A DNA stretch of 64,000 nucleotides, taken from the NCBI GenBank assembly GCA_001949185.1, contig BDGG01000004.1, positions 4,373,777 through 4,437,776 on the forward strand. Direction: 5' to 3'. The translations under genes and the position numbers were made by a program. Positions 37,401 to 50,900 of the stretch are shown in pieces. The notes under the pieces were generated by a model. It was not told the DNA's origin and made no database searches. It saw only the letters and a program-made list of their open reading frames with translations. This DNA comes from Ramazzottius varieornatus (lineage: Eukaryota; Animalia; Tardigrada). Each line of letters begins with the position of its first letter. Position 1 is the stretch's first letter.

Positions 37401-40400
37401 CTGCCCCGCCCCCATGAAAGGATGAACCGGCCCTTGCACACAGTGCATGGCTTCCTTATGCAGGTTACAGGTACTCCGACCATCGGCGTCGCAGTCAAAG
37501 TCCGGTAGGAAGCGACCCTTGTCAGCTAGAGCTTGTTGCATTGTGCACGGACAGGGCTGCACGACAAAACACCAGTTCGTTAAAAGTAAGGTCTCTTAGG
37601 AGAAGCGGAATATCCGACTTACTTCCAAGTAACCGATGAAAGGTGGCAGGACCCGATCTTGGTAGTACCAAGCACGGCAGTACTTGTCGGCATAGTCGTT
37701 ACCGTGGTCCTGACGCCATCGTCGCCGAGAGAACCATGCCAGCGGGATAATTTCGGACCAAAGAAACCTATAACAGAGAAAGCCCGTGAGTTTTTGCAGA
37801 ATAATCGCGAGAATGCTGTTTTCTAGTATTTCTTACGGATATTCGTTGGGGTTGACGGCCGAAGTTTCCGAAGCGTTGATACGCAGCATACCAAAGGAGA
37901 AGATGGAGTAGATATCTTTAGTATTGCCGAATCGATCCGGGTTCAAACCATTGGGGTCGAATGTATATCTGCCGTTGTTCGGCACGTTGGTAGCAATGTT
38001 ACCCAAGAAGCGCAGCTCGGGCAGATCACTCTTTTCACGGTATCCCCACACACCTGTAAGTATCCGACGGCCTATAGCTGCACCACAATGTTAAGTTAAT
38101 CTAATCATATCTCACGTACCGATATCGACCTGCAGGCCGTCAGCCCACGTCATGTTCCGTGGATTCCATTCCAAGGTTAGTTGGTTTGGTGGCGCTTCCA
38201 GGAACCAGTCGTCAATCTTCCTTAACGTAACTGGCGGCGAAATGCGAGCATGTTGCACTAAAAATCAAAAATACGTTTAGGTATCCCGTGTTGCGCCATT
38301 TGACATGTACTCATATCAAAGGGAAACGATGTAGGAAAACTGTCGATAACTTACCAACAAAGAATTCGCCTCGAAAGTTGTACGTGCGACCACCGTCTAC
38401 ACTGACACCAAACTCCCTCCAGCCAGCCTCGAACATAGTGGGCGTAGGGCATTTAGCCTGAACTGGATTAATGTAACTTCCCTGAGTCTCATACTGGCCG
38501 AACTTGCACCGAATTTGGCTGTTGGGCAAGAAGCAAGGTCCGGTGACGTTGACCATGTCTCCGCCCAACATGGAACCACCACTGGGAGCAGCATAGGCAA
38601 TGCCCTCTGCCAATAGATAGTCGTATTAGTTTTGACAGGTTATGTCAGACTGTTCAAGATCTTACGGTAAACTCCCTCGACGCAACCGGCTGGTTGAATG
38701 ATTTCGTCAATACGGAAGATGTAGCGACCCATGTAGTCAATGTTGGATCGTTCGTCAATTTGTGCTAGCCGCGTATCTCGAGAGAATGGTGCCAGTTCCC
38801 AGAAACCTGTTCCGTTCCCGCCGTTGAATCCCACCTATAAAAGCCGAGCCTGTTAAATTCTGGACACCTTGAGCTTTTGCTGAAGTACTAGGTGGACGTA
38901 CACTGGCAGGTTTCCCGCCGAGACCGTTATGGACATCTCCGTACGCTCCCGAGTGCGTCGTCCAGCTGACTTCTTTGTAGTTGAAAATGGCGTACGTACG
39001 GACTTCGTCGGTGACGATCAGAGCCTGAAAGGAATTTTCCGGCACGGGCTCCGTGTCCAGCTTGTCGTTGTCAAAAGCTTTCCCCTCGTAGGTGACGTTA
39101 CTCCATGTTACCAGAAGACCGTGGAGTGGCAAAAAATCATCCGCACCGATCATGCCGAACCGGATATCGCGAAGAGCTGACTCGAGGATGCTGGAAATAA
39201 GGAACAAAAAACAGATTCATACGCTATCCCGAGGTGCGTGGCGGAACCTGATGGCCTGCCGAGACTATATTTTCAAAAATCTGATTTTGTGTGTTTCAAA
39301 ATTCAATTTCTCTGTTCACTTACAGGTCATTTTCCATCATCTGAACGCGTACCCAGTTTCCCTGACTGGGATTAGCAACCTGAGCCCGAGACATCGGTCG
39401 GTAGAAGACTTGGCTACGTCGGGTGAAACCGGTTTTGGAGTAGAAGGGAGCGATGAATGGATGATCCCTTTCCCGCGGATATTTGGGATTTGGGAAGACC
39501 GGAAAGTTGGCCGTGCCGTGAGGCGGAGGAGCGAAGGCGATGAATCCATCTGTCGCAATCTAAAAACATATTCGCTGCTAACTCGAATATGTGAGGATGA
39601 CTCCAAGACGAGGTGGACTAGGAAGAATAATTTTCACTGTTTTGGTTAGCTGTTGTCTGTTTGCAGTAATTACAGTAACGTGACGACATATATCGCATGT
39701 TCGCGCAGTATGATATCACTGCGAGCGGAGACCCGCCAACTTCCATTGTGAATATGCGACGGAGGTAATCAACGGATAAAGTCGAATAAGACTGGTTACA
39801 GAATAATCTTCGAGACTGATTGATTCCCTTTTGCAGGTTGTGGGGTTGTTCACTTACCAAAGAATAGTTGTACATGCCGCCGAAAAAGGGCAGCTGGAAG
39901 GGAAGATTGACATTCTCCGTGACACCACCACGTTGTTCGGGACTCTTGTCGCCCCATTCAGTTCCGAAACTGTAGAACAACGGATCACCTACAAGAAAGG
40001 CATAAAGTTTAGCTTAGGTGAGTGGACTTTTGTTTACTGTATGTGGACATATAAGGTAGATGATGTCACCACGGGTTCGTCAAAGTTTTGCATCGTGGTA
40101 CTAGATTCCCGGCTATCGCAAAGTTGCCTTTGCAGTGTGAACTCCGCAACGCGGACCTAACCTATCCAGTGTGCGAACTGCGGAGTGTCAGCGTCGCAGC
40201 TCTTTCCATGGCTGGTCATAACTCTGCATTCCAAACATCGCTATATTGATTCAAACTCCCTTTATCAATTGGGCAACAAATTTCTGTAATGTTATCTTAT
40301 CTACCCTCGCTGCAGATTCTCGGCGTAGCGTGAGACTCATTCGCACTACTCGTAGCCCTTCGGAGAGTAAGCTCGGGACCGTGGTACGCGGCGAATGACT

Positions 40401-40940
40401 CACACCTGGTACTCGAATTCCGGGTCAAAACGAATTGGGAGCTGACATTCCAGAAAACCGAATACAGAACGCATCCGGCGTCATCAACCCAAGAGCATTT
40501 CTAGTAAAGAAATAGCCAGTCCAAAAGGGTTTACCAGACGAAAAGAGATGAGATGCGTTGTGCCATCAGCAAACTAAGTTCCCCTTATCAAACTGTCTCT
40601 CATTTTTCGTACCGCTCAGCTACTGAATAAGTTATTCCAGGAGATGCTAGGTAAGATTTTCCCACAGCCGGCAGAACTTACGTCTCTGATCTTGTATGTA
40701 TGGGTTCCTCAGGTCGGGATAGCGTTCCTGACCAGGCATCAGTATCTGCCCTTGCGTCAGAGGTCTTGTGTTATAGGTGACCGGGGCAACTTGCCGATTG
40801 CCGCTACCCAAGGCATAATTAGGTATCTGAGGAGGAGGCTGGAACACTTGCTGGGGAAAGTTCTGTGCTGCACAGATGGTAAGTAGAAGAAATATTCCAA
40901 GAAGAACAGGATGAGCTATACAGCAGTTCATTAGTCCCAT
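34472..40940 (-). CDS. mesh: Mesh/SUSD2-family type I membrane protein (signal peptide, NIDO, IPT/TIG, AMOP, vWD, Sushi, TM)
   Basis: Signal peptide [16 protein letters not shown]; [32 protein letters not shown]; [23 protein letters not shown]; [41 protein letters not shown]; v[20 protein letters not shown]; Sushi [23 protein letters not shown]; TM near 34840-34910; C-terminus ETQA. Confidence 0.93.
35972..36561. mobile_element. Tc1/mariner-like MITE (590 bp) in a Mesh vWD-domain intron
   Basis: TA|CACGCTGCTGGCCTAATATTGGCCTGGACAAAATTTCTGGCC ... GGCCAGAAATTATGTCCAGGCCAATAGTTGGGCCAGCTGCGTG|TA. The flanking exons splice in frame around it. Confidence 0.82.
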
Positions 40941-41472
40941 GTTGATGTTTCAGGGCTCGTTGGGATCCCAATACAGTACGCAGAACCGCACCAAGTTGAC
41001 TGGGTGTTTCCCTTAGAATTTAAGTGAAAATCCAAACAAGCACAGTACCTGCTGACGGAAACACCGGGCGATTAGTGGGAATTGAAGGGAATGCGCGTTT
41101 GTGAGCCACCATAATTATAGCTATGCGTGCTCTCGTTTACCGTATCAGTTCGCAGTGGATGAGTAACGTTGAGGTGTAACTTTGAGCAAACTCACGAAAT
41201 GTTGATATTACGGGATTTTATCGCGAAAAAGTTCATAGGTTGTCGAGAGTCCTCCAGTCGTTTCATGCCTTTCTACAACAGCTTATGAGTCAACTGCAAC
41301 TTACATGCTGGAGTTCAGCTCTCCAGCACGGTGCGACCATACTTTAGCCACTATGTCCGTACACCACGGTTATACGCAAGTAAAGAATCACTAGTTCTTT
41401 GTCCGCTTTCCCCCTCTCTACGCGCAAACGTACAATTACATGTGCCGCGGTACCGTAGACGCATCACTTTAG

Positions 41473-41974
41473 CACTTACGGAACCACTGGGTCAAAACTG
41501 ACCCGAACATGAATCTGAAGACCTACTGCGGGTTTCGTTCTGATCAAATCAGCGCGGCGTTTTCTCTTTTGCCTCCACAAAACCCTTGTCCACGCGACGA
41601 CGCTAAGTGGCCACTAGTCAGACAAGCGAAAAATTCAGGAGGTAGTCGTTTAGGACACTTTTGCTCTCAGAGTTTCTGTGGTTTTTGAGAGAGTGCAGAT
41701 TCCGCTGTCAAAAAAATGCATAGATACAGGAACACAGTGTCCGTCGAGTGGGCTGGTCAGAATTGAGGTGGCGGTGTTTCCTGACCATGGGAAAAAATCA
41801 GACCGGTGTACAAAGACGGAGCTTGCTCGGATCATATCGCGCGCATTAGCTTCATCTTTCTTGCCGTTATGGTCGACCAAGTACCCGCCCCTCTGTTTCC
41901 ACCAGTTGAAAACTCGTGGGTCAGTTTTGACCCAGTGGCTCAAACCGTGCACAAAACACGTGGTTCCGTAAGCG
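41473..41974. mobile_element. piggyBac-like non-autonomous element (502 bp)
   Basis: Terminal inverted repeat CACTTACGGAACCAC/GTGGTTCCGTAAGCG and internal inverted repeat TGGGTCAAAACTGACCC/GGGTCAGTTTTGACCCA with asymmetric spacing. The flanks TTAG/TTGA are each one substitution from TTAA. Confidence 0.75.
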
Positions 41975-44951
41975 TTGATGAAACTGAAGCAGTCTCTTAT
42001 TTTGACCGCCGAAGACAACTCTCAATTGGACCATCATCGGAGATTCGCTACGCATTCGCTAAGTTCCGCGAACAACTTCAGTGACCTCGTTTTTTAGCTT
42101 CTGTGGCAGAGCGAATCGGGATAACCCCAGAGCCGCGAAGATCCGGGGACTAGCAGACAGTATGGGTGGTAGAGCAATTTCCGGTTGGGTCTTCACCGAC
42201 AGAGGGCGCGTGCGTAGGCTTGGCGTCGGAATGTGCAGGAAATAGAAAACTATGCGGCCACAAATAGCCAAGAACCGGTTTTACGCTTTCATGTTCCGAG
42301 CTCAGCATCAATTGTATACATACCGCAGGTGTAAAAGCATGAGGTGAGGTTTAGTGCGCCGGCATGTGTTATGACTTTACTGTACTAAGATATCATTAGC
42401 AAACACAGCGCGAGTTATGCTTTTTTACAGCCTAAAATTTAACCTTGTACAGTTTCAATCACGTTTTCCATTGGCGTAGTCTAAAGCATGGTTGAAAATC
42501 AGCATGCAGCCATGTACAGTAGATGCGGTATTTGCCTGCAGCAGAAACTGCTCTGACAATCGTTCGCGACGTCGATTCACGATCGAGTTAAGGATCGCCA
42601 GTCATTATTGCGCAGCTATGACTGTATCCATGTTTTCTGCATTTTTTCCGACTTTTCAGCTTTCTTCTCTGCACAAGTCTGCCTTCTTCGATCGTTTTTC
42701 TGCAACCGATACCGTAATCCACGACTGCTCGTTATAGGCACTCACACCCATTGTACTCAAATCTCCCCGCTTGTCGGATCGATCGCTCTCTTTTCACTGT
42801 TTACTGTTGTTCCGTCGCCCGATTACGTGATCCATTGTCTATACACATCCTGACCGACTGTGAGGAGCTGCGAAGGAAGGCGAATAGCAGTGTAAGTACG
42901 TAGGAAAAAACCAATACGCTAAAAATTATCGTAGCATGCCTGGTTATGTTCGGGACCTTGGGTTTCTGTAAGCACCTGGCCTTGTGCTGATCTGCGCATA
43001 TGAAGAACCTACGTGTACTGTTGTTAAAATGTTTGTTGATACAGCTATCAACAACGCATCCTTCTTGCGATTTCGCTTACTCGTAAGAAAGTGCAGGGAG
43101 CTGCTATATATATATGGCCTACGGATTCTTGTGCTTAGAGACGAAGTAGTTGATACCCCGATGAACTGGGTTTCTTCATGGTCACGTACCCATGGATTTC
43201 CCCGGAAAAGACGAGGTCTGCAGGCAGGACAAGGAAAATATAATGCCGCGGGAAAACTGCGTGTACTTTATTATAGTTGTTTGATAATTATAAGGAAAAG
43301 AACCAAGAAAAGCTGCTTCTGCAGGCAAAGCTTACTACTGTTTGCCTGCTTTATGGACAAAGTTGTCGAAGCTGCCTCGCATCATTAACTTGTATGTGGG
43401 CGCTCGATTTGGGCACTTGAACATATGAAAATGGCGTAGTTTATCAGCGGATCGTGGGACGGTGCGAGGTTGCAAGGGCACTTTACAGCGTCGTCCGTAA
43501 TGTGATGCAGCTTGATGGTTTTTTCGCGTGAAGTTTTTGAGATCTAACCGATTAGCTACCCATTCTTAATAGAAGAATGTTTTGTGACAGTCATTAATGT
43601 TTTGCATGCAATTAACTGCGAGGGTGAACCGGACGAAGTGCCGGCCGATCGAATATCTGCAAGGCCACAATACAAATCGTAAAGCGGGAAGTCAGGAAAT
43701 CCGGGTTTCATGGATGTTGACGATGGACGCTAAATGCCGTTGCCTTTGTTATGATAAATGCTAAAGTAACGACCAAGTCCTTCATCATCATATCCTCTAT
43801 CTTTCCAAAAACAACCGGTGGTTCGGTCCGTACCCGTCGTCAAAAGCCTGCGAAGCACTGTTGTGATCACTGCACGGCATCCGCTGCGAGCAGGCGAGTT
43901 CTTCACTGAATGTGGCGCATTACGTGATCGCCAACGTGACGTCACGTATTGCCCGTGCATCTGTGTATCTTTGCCGGAGCGGGTGCGTTATTTCGCTCGC
44001 TCGTTTGTTTCTTTTGGTTTTCTTCTCGAGAGTTTGCCAGTTTGCTGCATCTCATCTTCCCACGCTATTACCTGATCGTGGTGGATGTTTGCTGGGTGTA
44101 CAACAAAGGAGTGGTGATCGATGGATCTCGTTAGGGTTTGCCGCTGCTAGAGGTAGAAGCAGATATCGTGGTCGTTTGGTTGAACGGTGCAAGGTGCATG
44201 TGAGTGTTATTAACAGTTATTTCGCTTATTTGTCTGACTCGCAAAGTTGTCAGATCGATGTTTCTGTCGCCACTTTTATCTAGTACCTCCGTGGCTCTGG
44301 CAGACGTTCATATTAACAGAACGCTTGTTTATACCTGTCCGTGTCACAGACTGCGAGATAACTTTTGCGGGACTACTCGTAGGAATCGTTTCTGGGATAA
44401 TTATGGGATATGAACGACCATAGAAGGTACGCTTGGACAAGTTGGTACCAACTTGCGCCAGTCTTCAGTCTGACGAATGTGGAAACTGCATGATGGATCG
44501 GACTGTTCAAATCTGTATCTGTCATATACATGTAATTATGCGTAATAATTTATTCAATAGAGAGATAGGCTGAATGAGCCTTCAAATGGATATCGAAGTT
44601 TGCAGGTGTACGGCAATATCAATAGGAATGGAATATGGGCCAGTTTTCTTACTTTAGAGTCTCTGGACGAGCACAAGATACTTCCTCGCATATTTTAATT
44701 CTTTGAGGATCAATGCGAAGCTGAAAGTTGCGCGTGCTTTGTCGGTTCACTCGCGAATCGCGATAGTCATTTCCGTGCTCTTCAGTCTGGTAGTTGGCTC
44801 TAAGCTGTGCTTGTTTCTCGGCTCGTTTGGTTCGTTTCATACCTGAGAGCGTTCTCAACATCTCCTTGAGAATATCTTACACGGACCATTGAAAAACTTG
44901 GTGAGTTTATTTACAGGTGTTGAAGAAATGAGCGTGGAAGGATAATCAAGA

Positions 44952-47900
44952 ATGGAGTACGACAACTACGATCGGACGATATCCCCCTCACGTCCGCGGA
45001 GTCGCCTTTCTTCCGAACTGTCCGGAGCTTCTACAGCGCAGCCTGTGGAGTGGACAGGTGACGACTGGATTAGTCGCGAAGAAGAGTTCCGGGATACCAT
45101 CAATGCTTTGCAGCGTAAGAACTAAGAGCTTTTGCTCCTGCTGTGGTTGGTATTCTTTTTCGAAAACTCGCGGTGACGTCACCGCGCGGGAAAACGCAGA
45201 TTAAGCATAAAATAAATTCTTATAACTCAGTGATTACTTTGCAACAGCATTCACTGTTCAGAAATCAGTCAGAAGTAGTCCTAAATATGCAGGTTGCTCT
45301 CTTGGCTTGCATCGTTACGCAAACCATAGACGAAAATCTCCGTGGAGCGTCTTTTCACACTGGCAGTTAGACTGCTGGTTACTTTTTGGAACAGACGGTC
45401 AATCGTCCAGAGGGTGTGTCGGTTCCGCTTTTCCAAGCGGCTCGCTAGGTAATCTTTTCGGGACTGAGATCGTTTCGTATGTCTGGGCATTTTTCCGTTT
45501 GGAAAGACTTTTCCTTGAGGGAAGAGATCGATGAGTTGCACGTTTGACCATGAACAAGCACCGCCTTGATCTCTTAACGAAACCGTTTCATCTTCGTGAG
45601 ACTTGCACGAGCTGGTAAGCCGTAGCGTTGTTCGGCGAGGAACGATGGAGATCGACAGGTCAAATGACGACACACTTGAACTGTTGCGATTATCTTTTCA
45701 ACTTGTGGGTCGTTGCGTCCGCCAAGAGAGCCATCGAAAAATCCGTACAAACAACACACAGTTCTTTCTACGGCTTGAATACTTCTGCATCATCACATTC
45801 CCCAAACATAAGACGTGTTTCGCTGAGCTGTTTCTACTCAGTGTTGTGCTTTGTCATCTGTCATGTGCGCACAGCGCATGAGAAGTTGAGATTAAGTCTT
45901 ACATATTTGTCTCTTTTTCCAGATGAGCAAGAGAGAATCCAGAAAAAGACCTTCACAAACTGGATAAACTCGCATTTGGATCAAGTGAGAAATTAGTTCT
46001 TGGTACCTTTGAAAGTCGAAACAAATAAGTAAAAAAGCACAGTTATTCATTTCTGTTACATTTTAGCATCCCAAAAAGTGGGTGGTCAACGACTTATTTA
46101 CGGATCTGAAAGACGGAAGGGTCTTGCTGGCCTTAATCGAAGTGATAACCGGCGATCGCCTGGTATGCCGACTTACGGGACGAGAGCTCGGCTGACGAGC
46201 TCCATAATATTTCTTTTCCAAGCGGTGCACTTTTTCAGTATTACTGGCGGGAAGTGTGCGCCACTTGAAAAATCGATCTTGTCGTGTTTGTTTGTCGAGC
46301 TTCCATATAGCTTGTTACCGGTTACACAGTTTTTCTTAAACGCTTTGCTTTGTTTTATAGCCTGCCGAAACTTTCCGGCATTACACACGTGCACATTACT
46401 TGTCCAACGTCGAACGTGCCTTGGATTACCTACGAGATCACCAGGTACAGAAGAGCCATCTTGAAGCTGCTGAAACAGCTGAGAAATCTTTTTCTTCACG
46501 TATCTCGCCCCTTCCCCTTTTCGCGTAAATTCATCCATCCTTGTTTTTTCAGATTAAACTGGTCAACATCAACTCGTCGGAAATAGTCGATGGCAATGAG
46601 ACGGTCATACTTGGCTTGATCTGGAGTATTATTTTGAACTTTCAGGTATGACATTGAGGTTGACGTTTAGAGTTGGTGCGATAGCTGTCTATGGTTTGTG
46701 TCTGTTTGATTGATGAGTGATGACTTTGGGAAACTGTCAGTAATGGCCGATTTTCTAATCTTTGACAGATTGACCAAGATCTGGCCCATCTTCGCGAGAA
46801 CTTTTTGCTCAGTCCACTGCCCAGTGGTGTCCAGAGTGCTTCCAATGATGCTCGCTCACGCTCCGTTTCCCCCAGCTCCACCTCGACGAAGAAGCCCCGT
46901 TTGTCTTCTAACCATCGTGGACGCTTCCAGGCTGGTGCTTCCAAGGCCATGCTCAAGTGGTGCCAGAAGGAAATTTCCGAGTACGCCGTCGATAAATACT
47001 CTAGGAAATGGGCGAATGTACTGATTAAACCAGATCGCTTTCCAAAGTAGCGCAGATGCCCATTGTTATAGGTTGAAAGAGTGCGTCACTTGGAAAACGA
47101 ATTGGTTCAGTTCATTTGCCTAGGTCTCATTTTCTAGTTCGGTAAAGGGTATGAGGCTATGAGCATCGTGATCAGCCCTCCCTGATTTCATTTGATTGTT
47201 TATGGGGTTTTTAGGATCAACGTTGTGGGTTATTGTGGTTTTTTATTTCTGCAGACGGTACGGAATACCCATCGTGAACCTGAATAGCAGCTGGAAGAAC
47301 GGCATGGCCTTCCTTGGTTTGGTCAAAGTCCTGGATCCTAGCCTGGTCAATCTCAATGATTTCGCTACTGCGTCCGCTGCTCAAAGAATGAACAGTGCCT
47401 TCAGCCTGGCGCATGAACGTCTGAACGTTCCCAGGCTGCTCGACGTTAGCGGTGAGTTATGATAGGCGCACTTGGCCGTGAAAATGGCGGCGTGATGCAA
47501 TGCGCTATGACTTTGACCGTGGTGATCATACGGTTGAACGATATCTCATCTATCTTGACGGTAATTGTGCTTAGTCTGTAACATTTCATTCTTTTGAATA
47601 GATCTCGACGTGGATCGGCCGGACGAGCGTAGCATTATGACCTACATTGCGCAGTTCATCAAACGATTCCCCCAAGCCAAAGCCAACCGGCAAAAAATGG
47701 TTAGTTTAATTTGACAGCTGGCTGAACTTTCGAAAATGAGCCCTTCTGAAAATTCAAACAAAAGAATATATCTATGGTCAGTCTGCTCTGAGACGTTATG
47801 GTGAGACACAAACGTAGGTATGGGCGGTTTTTTTACAGATGATGGAGAACCTTCCGGACGTGGATGCAATCGAAGCTGTGGAACGCGCCCAATATGAGAG

Positions 47901-50900
47901 GATTCGGGACTGGTGCTCGGACAGTCTGACGCTGCTGAAGTGCATGGAGTACACCGACGATCGCCCATTTGAAGCATACGAGGTACATCTATGATAGCTT
48001 TGTTCAACATACTGTCTGTCTACTTAGGCCATGTTTCGATTTCAGGACTACAAAAGATTTCAGCAATTGTTTCGTTTCAACATGTCGGCATATGCGCGTT
48101 TAAAGGAACAGTTTGAGGAAGGACGTACTCTTCACATCTCGGAGACGAACATTGCTGAACTCGACAGTCTCTTTGCCAAAGTCATGTCGGAGAAACACAT
48201 CTGGCATCGCCATCTATTTGAGTATGATATTATACCCGACATTTTTCCATCTACCTTCCTTCATACCCATGATCGATTGGCTGGCTATTTTGGATGCTCA
48301 TTCTGTTTCTTCTTTGGCTGCAGAGTTCTCCAAGGGCACGAAAGAAACTTCTGCGACGGATTTGATCGGATCGAGTCGGAACTGGACCAGCGAGTGTTGA
48401 TTCCTCCACATCGCGGTACCAGCCTGCCGTTGAGCACACTGGAATTCCGCGTGCACAAATGCGAGGTAACTTTTTTATGCGTTATCTTTCTTGGAATTCT
48501 GTTCCGCTGCTGTCTGCTATGACGGCGCCCTCTATTTCGTGGTAAGTATAGATGAATGTACGGTGGTGGCTTATCTCGCGCTTGATATCGTTGATACGCG
48601 GACTTCTACGACTTGGTTCGGATTATCTCGTTTATATTAGTAGTACTGAGCGTGATATTTTTGCAGGAGATGATGCGCAATCTGGAACGTTTACAAGCCG
48701 ATCTGGACACTTTTCTTCGCAACGAAGAGATTAGCGAACCTTTCGCTTGGCATGATCTGCCTTCGGAAGTTAACGCGTTATCAAAGGATGTCGAGCGGCG
48801 TCTACTGGCGACCCGCTGCAAACTGCTCATTCGTCGACAGTTGACCGTGGTGGAAGAGTGGGAAAAGCGCATTGTGCGCTGGAGGGAACTGCTGCAGTCA
48901 CCTGCAGATCGTGTCCGAAGTATGGAACGTGTCGGCTACGAATACGATCTGCATGTGGTGCAGGAAAGAATTTTTGATCGCTTTCTCGACTTGTCGAAGC
49001 AACTGCAAGCTTGCTTAGAAGGCCTGCATGAGGATTCCGAGTCGGCCCAGCATCAGCGCGCAGCCTTCTTGTCCACCGCTGTCAACTCGAATCGCCGCTG
49101 GAAACGAATCGCTGAAGAGCTGCACCGCATTCGTGAAGAAGTGCGCCACTTTGCGGTGGAACAGCGACGTAAAAGCAATGGTGAACGTGATGTTAATGGT
49201 GGCCATCGTTCAGCGCCTCGTGGTACCATCGATTTATCACCTATACCACGTCTCTCCCTGTCACCCACCTGTAAGATTACCGCTCGAACTTTAAATTGCA
49301 GATTTTCTGAACGATTCATGCCGTAATGACTTCGCACCGTGTTTGTCCCCTTTGCAGCTCCGACGCCGCCTCAGCCGCTCTACTTCAAATCCGAGCAATG
49401 GAGCCTGTACCTTCAGATGTAAGTTTTACATTTGTTGGACTGAGTTTTCAATTAAGCTAGAAAAGACAGTCAAAATTACTTGGAACCAGGCAAACTATTC
49501 ACGTCAGTCAAGCAGAAAAATGCTACTCGTCCTAATGCACCTCGATGCGTGATATACAATGGAAGCACGTGTCTGCCTGAGTTGGGTATTGTGATAAAAG
49601 CAGAACTTGACGATAGAAAGTATCTTCGCGACGGACCGCAAGAACAATAGTTATGATCTGACGATGGATAATCTGCAATGTTTTTTGTATCGTGTTACAG
49701 GCTTGGGGCGTTCAGTCGGTGGTTGGATCGAATGGAGCGTGATTTTGAGTCGATCGACAGAGAGAATGTCAACCGTGTGGAATATCAAGCCGGTCTACAA
49801 CGCTTCCGCGTAAGTTTATACCTGGCCTCATGTGCCGGTAGAGAATCGTACGAAAATATATCAAAGAATAGCCATGCCGCATTCTTGAGGAATGCGATCG
49901 TTCAAGCCCCTGGGCATGAGAAAGCTTTTCTTCATTCAAGTACACGTACAACGGCGATAGACAAAACTTGGACGGCGCGTTATGTCTTTTGCAGGCCCTG
50001 TGCACGGAAGTTGTGGAACACAAATCGGATGGTCAAGCCATCATCGACATTTTTTATACATGCTCTGCCGACTTACCACCCACGGTTCTGGCCGAGGAAA
50101 CCAGGAAGATTAATCGCCTCATCAGGAGATACGAGTAAGTCATGCTCGAATAGCCTAAAAATGGTCTCTTCAATTGGGAGCTCGGCAAGGAATGGTTTTC
50201 CAAAGTGGCGCATATTTTGGGTTTTACTTGCTGTGCAGATGCTCCACTTGGGAAAACGAACTGAACGTATTCAGTTTGCCGAGCTCTAAGTACATTCTTC
50301 TTCCGGCTCCTTCTTTCCGGTGTTATAGTTGGTATGGAAAAACTTGGACAAAACTGCTTTGGTCTATTTGCAGTGCGTTAATTCCATCCTTGGAAGTGGT
50401 CCGTTCCGAAGTTGAACATTCGACTATCCATTCGCACCAAGTTGTTAACACGCACAAGGATATAGTTGAGCTCTTGCCAAATCGGCCAGAAAGTGCCAGT
50501 CGAGAACGGAACTTGCACGTTGTTACGCCGGCTAGAAGTGTGCACAGCCCCACCGTCTCTGTTGGTACCTCCGGCTATGCCACACCGGAAATCGAGACAG
50601 CTCTTCTACGACGCTCCCAACCGACCACCCCTTCCGACTTGGTCAATCGCTCCCCACCATTCGCGCATAGCGTAATCTCGTAAGTCCTTCATCTCTCCTC
50701 AACACCGTAAAAATTGTGAAACAACACTAGAAAGGTCAAGACGGAAAGCAGTATTGAATTTTAATGGATCAACTTAATTGTAACCTACGTGTTCAAATGG
50801 CGCACATTGCTAGCCAGTAACATCGCAAACATGCGCCAGTCGAGAAAGTAATGCTGCCGATTTGTTTTTGCCGAGCCCTTAGTTAACAACCTGTTCTGGC

